A stretch of DNA of 64,000 bases from an uncultured Bacteroides sp. (GTDB taxonomy: Bacteria; Bacteroidota; Bacteroidia; Bacteroidales; Bacteroidaceae): positions 9,817-73,816 of the forward strand of contig CASELH010000032.1 in NCBI GenBank assembly GCA_949288715.1. Direction: 5' to 3'. Position 1 is the first letter of the stretch. Each line of letters starts with the position of its first letter. The notes beneath the pieces were generated by a model. That model made no database searches, had not been told where the DNA came from, and saw only the letters and a list, made by a program, of their open reading frames with translations. Positions 56,962 to 64,000 of this stretch are shown one piece after another. The position numbers and the translations under genes were made by a program.

Positions 56962-59154
56962 ATGATAAAGAAACTGACCCGCGGCCTGCTCGCCACCATC
57001 GTGGCCACCGCCGCCCTATACCCGACAAACGTCATGGCACAAGACCAGCAAACCCTGCAAATGCCTACCCTGGAAGACCTTATCCCCGGAGGCGAAACCT
57101 ACCGCTTCACCGAGAGCCTCTACGGCCTGCAGTGGTGGGGCGACCGGTGCATCAAGCCGGAGATAGACTCCCTCTTTGCCGTCAACCCCAAGAACGGGCG
57201 GGAGACGCTGCTCACCACCCGCGCCAAGGTGAACGAAGTGCTGCGTTCGCTCATCACCCCTACCGACAGCCAGGCGCAGGGCAGGGACGAAGTGATGCAC
57301 TTCTACAACACCGAATTCCCTTGGCCGGACAAACCCTACATGCTCATCAAAGGCGCAAAGCGGTACATCGTCTACGACTTCGAGAAGAACGAGTTTGTGA
57401 TTGCCTATCCGCAGGCCGCAAAGGCCGGAGGCACCAACGTAGACTTCACGCCGGAGGGCGGCCACATAGCCTACACCGTGGGCAACAACCTCTACGTGGA
57501 CAACCGCCAAGTGACGGACGAGCCCGAAGGCATCGTCTGCGGACAATCGGTGCACCGCAACGAGTTTGGCATCACCAAGGGTACGTTCTGGAGTCCACGG
57601 GGCACGCTGCTGGCCTTCTACCGCATGGATGAGAGCATGGTGACGGAGTATCCGCTGGTGGACATCACCCAGCGCATCGGCACGGTGGAGAACATCCGCT
57701 ACCCCATGGCGGGCATGACGAGCCACAAGGTGCAGGTGGGCATCTACAACCCCACGACGGGCAATACGCTTTACCTGGAGACCGGCGACCCCACCGACCG
57801 CTACTTCACCAACATCGCCTGGGCGCCGGACGAGCGGAGCCTCTACCTCATCGAGCTGAACCGCGACCAGAACCACTCCAAGCTCTGCCAATACGACGCC
57901 ACGTCGGGCAAGCTGATGGGCGTGCTCTACGAGGAGACGCACCCCAAGTACGTGGAGCCGCAACAGCCCATCGTGTTCCTGCCGTGGGACGACACGCAGT
58001 TCATCTACCAGAGCCAACGCGACGGCTACAACCACCTTTACCTGATGTCGGTAGACAACCCATCGCCCCGCCAACTCACCCAAGGCTCCTGGCTGGTGCA
58101 AAGCATCCTGGGCTTCAACGCCAAGAAGAAGGAAGTCATCATCGCCGCCACCAAGGAGTCGTCCCTGCAGAGCAATATATATAAGGTAAGGATAAAGGAC
58201 GGCCGCCTGACGCCGCTGGACAACGGCCAGGGCGTGCACTCTGCCCAGCTCTCCGCCTCGGGCACGTATGTGATAGACAACTGGTCGAGCCCCCAAGTGC
58301 CGCGCAACATCGGCATCGTCTCCACGGCCAACGGCAAGGAGACGGCCCGCCTGCTCACCGCCGCCGACCCCTTCCGCGGCCTGGTGATGCCCACCGTGGA
58401 GACCGGCACGCTGAAGGCCGCCGACGGCAAGACCGACCTGTACTGGCGCATGCTGAAGCCCGCGGACTTCGACCCGGCGAAGAAATACCCCGTCATCGTC
58501 TACGTCTACGGCGGGCCGCACGCGCAAATGATTAATGCCAACTGGATGTACGCCGCCCGCGGCTGGGACCTCTACATGGCCAACCGGGGCTACATCCTCT
58601 TCACCCTCGACAACCGGGGCAGCGCCAACCGCGGCCTGGAGTTTGAGAACTGCACCTTCCGCCACCTGGGCATCGAGGAGGGCAAAGACCAGGTGAAGGG
58701 CATCGAATACCTCAAGAGCCTGCCCTACGTGGACGCCTCGCGCATCGGCGTGCACGGCTGGAGCTTTGGCGGGCACATGACCACGGCACTGATGCTGCGC
58801 TACCCCGACGTGTTTAAGGTGGGCGTGGCCGGAGGGCCCGTCATCGACTGGCAGTTCTACGAAGTGATGTACGGCGAGCGCTACATGGACACGCCGCAGC
58901 AGAACCCCGAGGGCTACCGGGAGTGCAACCTGCGCAACCTGGCCCCGAGGCTGAAGGGACACCTGCTCCTCATCCACGACGACCACGACCGCACCTGCGT
59001 GCCGCAGCACACGCTGTCCTTCCTCAAAGCCTGCGTGGACGCCCGCACCTATCCCGACCTCTTCATCTACCCCACGCACGACCACAACGTGCTGGGCCGC
59101 GACCGCGTGCATCTGCACGAGAAGATTACGCGCTACTTCGAGGACTACTTGTAG
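56962..59154 (+). CDS. Dipeptidyl peptidase IV (S9B)
   Basis: HRNEFGI..GTFWSP, YPMAG, GVHGWSFGG, DDHDRTCV, HDH. Confidence 0.93.
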   Translation: MIKKLTRGLLATIVATAALYPTNVMAQDQQTLQMPTLEDLIPGGETYRFTESLYGLQWWGDRCIKPEIDSLFAVNPKNGRETLLTTRAKVNEVLRSLITPTDSQAQGRDEVMHFYNTEFPWPDKPYMLIKGAKRYIVYDFEKNEFVIAYPQAAKAGGTNVDFTPEGGHIAYTVGNNLYVDNRQVTDEPEGIVCGQSVHRNEFGITKGTFWSPRGTLLAFYRMDESMVTEYPLVDITQRIGTVENIRYPMAGMTSHKVQVGIYNPTTGNTLYLETGDPTDRYFTNIAWAPDERSLYLIELNRDQNHSKLCQYDATSGKLMGVLYEETHPKYVEPQQPIVFLPWDDTQFIYQSQRDGYNHLYLMSVDNPSPRQLTQGSWLVQSILGFNAKKKEVIIAATKESSLQSNIYKVRIKDGRLTPLDNGQGVHSAQLSASGTYVIDNWSSPQVPRNIGIVSTANGKETARLLTAADPFRGLVMPTVETGTLKAADGKTDLYWRMLKPADFDPAKKYPVIVYVYGGPHAQMINANWMYAARGWDLYMANRGYILFTLDNRGSANRGLEFENCTFRHLGIEEGKDQVKGIEYLKSLPYVDASRIGVHGWSFGGHMTTALMLRYPDVFKVGVAGGPVIDWQFYEVMYGERYMDTPQQNPEGYRECNLRNLAPRLKGHLLLIHDDHDRTCVPQHTLSFLKACVDARTYPDLFIYPTHDHNVLGRDRVHLHEKITRYFEDYL

Positions 59155-59189
59155 GAATGAAGAATGAAGAACGAAGAATGAAGAATTAA

Positions 59190-59240
59190 AAAAGAAGCCG
59201 CCTGCCTCGTGTGCATCGCAAGCACGCAGGGCAGGCGGAA
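59190..59240 (-). terminator. Terminator for the DUF4160-DUF2442 operon
   Basis: ccgcctgcc...ggcaggcgg stem, T-rich tail on the minus strand. Confidence 0.65.
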
Positions 59241-59264
59241 TCATATATGCCGGGATGCGGAAGC

Positions 59265-59498
59265 TTAGGCCGGCACCCCGTTTTCGTAAAGGTATTCCGG
59301 AGCAATATCCGCACCGTTGGCCCAAAAGATAGTGTCTTGCAGGCCGAATTGGACGAACTGGCGCTTGTCCCGCAACTCCTCGAAAGCCGGGTATTGCAAC
59401 AGGGACGACAAGTCTACTTTCTTCCTCACTCCGTCGCTGAAGGTGCAAAGCAGGGTATAGTCGCCCAAATATTCCACATCGGTAATAGTCAGTAACAT
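59265..59498 (-). CDS. DUF2442 protein (putative antitoxin)
   Basis: ITDVEYLGDYTLLCTFSDG...TIFWANGADIAPEYLY. Confidence 0.85.
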   Translation of the reverse strand: MLLTITDVEYLGDYTLLCTFSDGVRKKVDLSSLLQYPAFEELRDKRQFVQFGLQDTIFWANGADIAPEYLYENGVPA

Positions 59499-59516
59499 AA
59501 GTGCTTCTCCTCTTTT

Positions 59517-59768
59517 TTATCGTTTTACTTTCTCTATCTTTTCTCCGCGCTGTGCCTTGCCCCAGATTTCCATCAGTTCGGCCTCATGCTCGTCTATGAA
59601 CTGATTGATGATTTGAATGACTTTCGACTTGGCCCGGCCCTCTACGATGCGGTCTTTCAGCGTGATGGTGAAGTCGCCGCTTCCGCTGCGCACATGAATG
59701 TGCGGCGGGTTGTGGTCGAAAGCATAGATATATATCAGCAGGCCTTGGATGACAAATATTGATCCCAT
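59517..59768 (-). CDS. DUF4160 protein (putative toxin)
   Basis: IYIYAFDHNPPHIHV...LMEIW. Confidence 0.85.
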   Translation of the reverse strand: MGSIFVIQGLLIYIYAFDHNPPHIHVRSGSGDFTITLKDRIVEGRAKSKVIQIINQFIDEHEAELMEIWGKAQRGEKIEKVKR

Positions 59769-59929
59769 GTTCTGTTTCTAAAGTTCTTGTACCGTGTGCA
59801 AAGTTAGCACTTTTCCCCGGAAACGGGCGGGGAAGGGTGCTTTTTTATACAACGAAGGGGTGAAGCCCCTGTCCGGTCGCTTCACCCCCCATTCTTCATT
59901 CTTCGTTCTTCATTCTTCATTAAGAAGCT

Positions 59930-60445
59930 TTACCCCAGCTGGTGGTCCCCGTCGTCCTCGCCGGTGCCGGTGCCGGGCGTAGTGGGCGTGCCGCCCTGGC
60001 CGGTGGCCTGGTAGAAGTCGGCGCGGGTGGCGTAGCTGATGCCGTCCTTGCTGACGCCGCCGTCTTCAAACTCGATGTTCTGGCGGATGCGGTCGCGCAG
60101 CTCCTTGGAGGGCATGAACACGGGGCGGATGTCGTAAATCATCTCTTTCGCGTTGAAGTCCTGCACCGTGTCGGCCCCCTTGCTCTTGAAGGTGATGCGG
60201 AAGTAGCCCAGCCCGGGCAGTGTGACGGTGTGGCCCTGCAGCAGCTGCTGGGGGATGAAGTCGGCCAGCAGGTCGAGCGCGGCCTCCAGCTCGATGGGTG
60301 CCAGCGTGGTGTTCTTGGTGGCGGCCCGGGTCATGGCCTTGCCGCTGAGCGGGGTCTCGCTCTGCGTGGTGCCATACCATTTCTTGGGGGCCGACTTGTC
60401 CCTCGGGTCAGTGCTTTTCTCTACCATTTTACATTTAAATCCCAT
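59930..60445 (-). CDS. HU-family (Bacteroidetes histone-like) DNA-binding protein
   Basis: LLQGHTVTLPGLGYFRITFKSKG..IRPVFMPSKEL; Gly/Thr/acidic tail ending DHQLG. Confidence 0.85.
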   Translation of the reverse strand: MGFKCKMVEKSTDPRDKSAPKKWYGTTQSETPLSGKAMTRAATKNTTLAPIELEAALDLLADFIPQQLLQGHTVTLPGLGYFRITFKSKGADTVQDFNAKEMIYDIRPVFMPSKELRDRIRQNIEFEDGGVSKDGISYATRADFYQATGQGGTPTTPGTGTGEDDGDHQLG

Positions 60446-60540
60446 AATGTACCTCCTTTTTTAAATTGTGAATAAAAAGATGTTGTTCTCATTGTTGTGT
60501 TATATTTCTGTATTTCAGATGATTATCTTTCTGCTTGGCT

Positions 60541-60668
60541 GAGGCCGGAACTCGACCTTGGCGGAGGGCTTTCCTCGACCATGGTGGAGACGGCATCGCG
60601 ACCATGGTGGAGACGGCGTCACGACCATGGTCGAGGAGAGGTTGCGACCATGGTCGAGTTTTTGCCTC
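60541..60668. repeat. Five-unit 23-bp array with palindromic CGACCATGGTCG core and imperfect terminal inverted repeats
   Basis: cgacc at 60553, 60576, 60599, 60622, 60645; ends gaggccggaactcgacc / ggtcgagtttttgcctc. Confidence 0.85.
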
Positions 60669-60670
60669 CC

Positions 60671-62805
60671 TTAGGGGCGAGGTCGTTCCGTGCCTTCGCC
60701 CTGGTCGTTGTAGTCCACAATGCCGTCCTTGGTGCTGGTCCCTGTGTCCCAGTCGTAGGTGTACTTGTAGACGGTGCTGCTCTTGATGTCGCCCTGGATG
60801 AGGCTGCTTCCTTGATTCAACTGCCCCGTTACTCCCAGGCCGATGTAGTCGGGATTACGCGGTGATGTACAATATCCCCGATAGGCATGGATTTCTGAGT
60901 TGTGGATGACAATCTCAGGCAGCGTGCTGAATGAGCCGATGGCAGGAGCGGCAGAAGATGGCAATCCATAACCACGGGCGCGCACGACGGCATCGGTGAT
61001 GGTGATGGTGCCGCAACTGCCCTCCTCCATGCTACCGATGCCCGGCGCGCTGGAGTAGAGATAACCGCCAGTGGCTTCTACGGTGATGCCTGTGATGGTG
61101 ATGTCGCCGCAAGGGGTCGAGGCAAAACTGCCGATGCCGGCGCCGTTCTGGGCCGTTATGTTCAGCACATTGTCCGGACCATCGCCTGTGAGGGTAATGC
61201 TGCTGCCGGATGCCACATAAATGCCAGCAAATTCACTTGCAGCGTCCTTCCTATTAGCAGATACAGAGTTCTCGCCTACTATTCGAAGGGTAGGAGTGGC
61301 CCCGTCGGTGATGCTGATGGCATTGGCATCGGTCATCGTGATGTTGGCTTCCTCCAGCACCACGGTGATGTCTTCTTTGCCGCTGATGGTGATGCCTTGG
61401 GTGTAGGTGCCCTGCATGATGTATGTGCCTGCCTCGGTGAGGGTCTGCCCGCCTTTTACTACGGGGATTTCCAGCACCCGCGATGCCGTCTGCTTGCTGC
61501 CGTCGGTGCGGATGAGGGACACGTCGAGCAGGGCTTTGCCCGCCGTGGCGGGGGCGGTGACGGTGATGGTGATGCCGTCGTCGTCCGTCCGCTGCAGGGC
61601 TGCGCTCCACTCGTCGGGGGTGGTGCGGGTCAGCACGGCGTCATTGCCCAGGGGGGTGACGGTGGCCGTGATGTTGGCATAGTCTGCATCGGCACTCAGC
61701 TGGAGGTAGAGGGTGGTCTGGCCGCCCGGGGTGACGGGCACCATTTCGTTGCCGGAGGGGGTGCCGGCCGTGTGTTCCGCTTCGGTCAGTATCCGGAGGG
61801 GTTGGTAGGCGGGGACTTTTATAGTGGGGTTGTTGGTGTCGTCTTCGTCCTTGTCGGCCAGGGTGAAGATGTAGTGCGTGCCGTCGGCGGACAGCTCGGG
61901 GGCGGAGGCGAAGAATGAGTCGCCGGGCTGGCCGTCAGCCCCTGCAGGTCCTGTCGGTCCTGTTGGTCCTGTCGGTCCTTGGGGACCTGTCGGCCCACGG
62001 TCGCCATCCTCGCCATCTTCGCCGCTGATGCGGTACCACGTCTCGCCGCTGTCCACGCTGAGGTACCAGGCATCGGGCTGCTTTGTGCCGTTATCGGTGA
62101 TGATGGTGCCCTCCGTAATGCTGCTGCCCAGGCTGATTTGGGGGGTGGGGGCGTCTTGCCCATCTACGCCGTCCTGCCCGTCTTCGCCATCGGCTCCGGG
62201 CTGTCCGTCCTGTCCGTCTTGGCCGGGCTTGCCATCGGTGCCGTCTTGCCCGTCGAGGCCGTTGGCACGGACGGGGTTGCCTTGCGGGTCGAGCAGCAGC
62301 TGGCCGTCCAGCGTCCAGTACCAGTTGCCGTCGGCCTCTTGGGTCAGGCCTATCTGCGGGGTGTAGCCGTCGGCGCCGGCATCGCCCTTCTCGCCTTGTT
62401 CTCCTTTGTCGCCCTGTTCTCCCTTGTCGCCTTGTTCACCTTTGTCCCCCTTGTCGCCTTTCTCTCCGTGGTAGATGGTGATGGGGTCGCTGTGCAGGAA
62501 GCTGATGGTGTAGCCCACCTCTCGGCCACCCTCCATGAGCGGGGTGATGGCGGTGATGCAGTCGGTGGTGTTGAGCAGTTGCTGTATGGCGGCGATGTTG
62601 TGGTTGGTTTCCTCCTGCCACTGTTCGAGGGCGGCGAGGCGCTCCTCATGGTTGTTCACCGCGTCCCACAGGGCGGTGTCGTCGTAGTCGTCCTGGCAAG
62701 AGGTGAGTGCCGTGCCTGCCAAGAGGAAGCAGGTTGCCAGGAGTGAATAGTTAAACTTGGTTAAACGGGGGGGGTAAATCGGTATACCCCTGTTGGTAGT
62801 TTCAT
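60671..62805 (-). CDS. Collagen-like surface lipoprotein (DUF4988/PL29-N-terminal type); ATG at 62805 currently out of frame
   Basis: LTSC lipobox, DDTALWDAVNNHEERLAALE, three Gly-X-Y blocks, GNWYWTLDG, Gly/Thr-rich C-terminal domain. Confidence 0.8.
62767..62774 (-). repeat. C8 homopolymer in the signal-peptide coding region (putative phase-variation tract)
   Basis: G8 on the plus strand; C9 or C6 would put the ATG in frame. Confidence 0.7.
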
Positions 62806-62837
62806 GTGGGTTGATGTTTTTGGGGTTAGTAATATAG

Positions 62838-63143
62838 TTATATCTTCTTTATCAAGGAATCGGGATCTTGCCGACAGTCCCATACGGCATGTACAACGAT
62901 ATCTTTTCCTTCTATCGTGTAGACTAATTTATAACGTTTGTTCGCTACCAGCGAGCGGTAGGCTTCGGGACGATGTGCCAACCGTTGTTCCTGTGCACCG
63001 GCTTTGGGAAAAGTGAGCAGCACTTCCGCCTCGTCAATAAGCTGGTTGTAAAGCCTTACGGCATACCCTGCATTTACTGGCAGCCAATATCGGTACAGGG
63101 CTTCCAGGTCATCTTGCGCTTGAATGGTCCAGACTATTCGCAT
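62838..63143 (-). CDS. RelE/ParE family toxin
   Basis: MRIVWTIQAQDDLEALY...YKLVYTI...IVVHAVWDCRQDP. Confidence 0.88.
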   Translation of the reverse strand: MRIVWTIQAQDDLEALYRYWLPVNAGYAVRLYNQLIDEAEVLLTFPKAGAQEQRLAHRPEAYRSLVANKRYKLVYTIEGKDIVVHAVWDCRQDPDSLIKKI

Positions 63144-63373
63144 ACGGTATGGCGTTTGCGGAGTTCATCGCTGGTGCAATAATGTCCCTGGCGGTAGCTC
63201 TGCATGGATTGTGACAGGCGCCGCTCCAGTTGTTCCACGGTGTACTGGCAGGGTGCTTTCCGGCTTTCTTCGTTTTCATATACGTTCAGTCTGTCTTGTA
63301 GCCATCGGCGGTCACTTGCGGGGAGCGCAAGTATCTGGCTCCACAGGTCTTGTACGGATAGGGTTGCGTTCAT
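63134..63373 (-). CDS. Putative antitoxin (addiction-module component)
   Basis: 79 aa, directly upstream of and overlapping the toxin by 10 bp. Confidence 0.7.
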   Translation of the reverse strand: MNATLSVQDLWSQILALPASDRRWLQDRLNVYENEESRKAPCQYTVEQLERRLSQSMQSYRQGHYCTSDELRKRHTVCE

Positions 63374-63522
63374 TATCGGTTCCTCCTATAGGTTATTCTG
63401 CTGCAAATATAGAGGTTTACGCATGAAAGTCAAAGGGAGGCAGCGGATTATTAGGCAAAAGAGCGTATCTTTGTGCGCGAGAATAAGGAACACTATAGGA
63501 AACAAATCCATAACGAGATAGA

Positions 63523-64000
63523 ATGATGCAACCCAACGAATCCGATAAGACTAAAGATAAGAACGTAGCCGACAACGAGCTGGTGCGCCGCCTGACGGAG
63601 GAGAAGTACAAGTATGGCTTCACCACCGACGTGCACACCGACATCATAGACCGCGGCCTCACCGAGGACACCGTGCGCCTCATCTCCCGCAAGAAGGGCG
63701 AGCCGGAGTGGCTCCTGGAATTCCGCCTCAAGGCCTACCGCCACTGGCTGACCATGGAGATGCCCACGTGGGCCCACCTCCGCATCCCCGAGATAGACTA
63801 CCAGGCCATCTCCTACTACGCCGACCCCACGGCGCAGAAGAAGGACGCGCCCAAGTCGATGGACGACGTAGACCCCGAACTCATCAAGACCTTCAACAAG
63901 CTGGGCATCCCCCTGGAAGAGCAGATGGCACTGAGCGGCATGGCCGTGGACGCCGTGATGGACTCCGTGTCCGTGAAGACCACCTTCAAGGAGACGCTCA
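63523..64000 (+). CDS. sufB: Fe-S cluster assembly protein SufB (5' part, truncated by window)
   Basis: KYKYGFTTD, GLTEDTVRLIS, EPEWLLEFRLKAYRHW, VDAVMDSVSV; TATCTTTG at ~63466. Confidence 0.95.
   Translation, partial: MMQPNESDKTKDKNVADNELVRRLTEEKYKYGFTTDVHTDIIDRGLTEDTVRLISRKKGEPEWLLEFRLKAYRHWLTMEMPTWAHLRIPEIDYQAISYYADPTAQKKDAPKSMDDVDPELIKTFNKLGIPLEEQMALSGMAVDAVMDSVSVKTTFKETL

Larger units (their letters stand above)
59156..59921. mobile_element. TA cassette bounded by perfect 31-bp heptamer inverted repeats
   Basis: 59156-59186 aatgaagaatgaagaacgaagaatgaagaat is the exact reverse complement of 59891-59921; no transposase inside. Confidence 0.6.

Noticed and set aside
60541-60668. CRISPR array
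   Set aside because: Unit is only 23 bp in total with 9-bp linkers that resemble each other; no cas genes. The same applies to the 22-bp arrays.

Overview
Bacteroidaceae-like chromosomal window (Bacteroides/Phocaeicola/Mediterranea type; TAnnTTTG promoters, SusC/SusD, GC-rich core with visibly more AT-rich accessory patches). Core genes: dacB, succinate/acetyl-CoA CoA-transferase, miaB, RNase H, rnr, cysE, THUMP RNA methyltransferase, DPP IV and the 5' end of sufB. Metabolic loci: an esterase/TonB-receptor cluster, a BT2156-BT2160-like 3-keto-glycoside operon whose Tat-exported oxidoreductase is broken by an apparent out-of-frame deletion, three glycosyltransferases, a compact aryl-polyene/flexirubin-like type II fatty acid cluster and a BT2261-64-like SusCD locus. 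Accessory DNA: a decaying AraC/flavodoxin-AKR/hydrolase island, an Rpn (PD-(D/E)XK) gene between 46-bp direct repeats, a DUF6722 plus 36-aa small membrane protein pair, an ORF6N gene, and a 59.2-63.4 kb island with two toxin-antitoxin pairs, an HU-like protein, a 23-bp repeat array and a collagen-like lipoprotein whose start codon is out of frame across a C8 tract. The most striking unexplained structure is a set of intergenic palindrome/tandem-repeat families (7, 9, 11, 22, 23, 33 bp periods). One heptamer palindrome occurs both empty (42905-42989) and loaded with a complete TA module between perfect 31-bp inverted arms (59156-59921). Family assignments come from motif recognition and recall, not database searches. 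No CRISPR array, rRNA or convincing tRNA was found.
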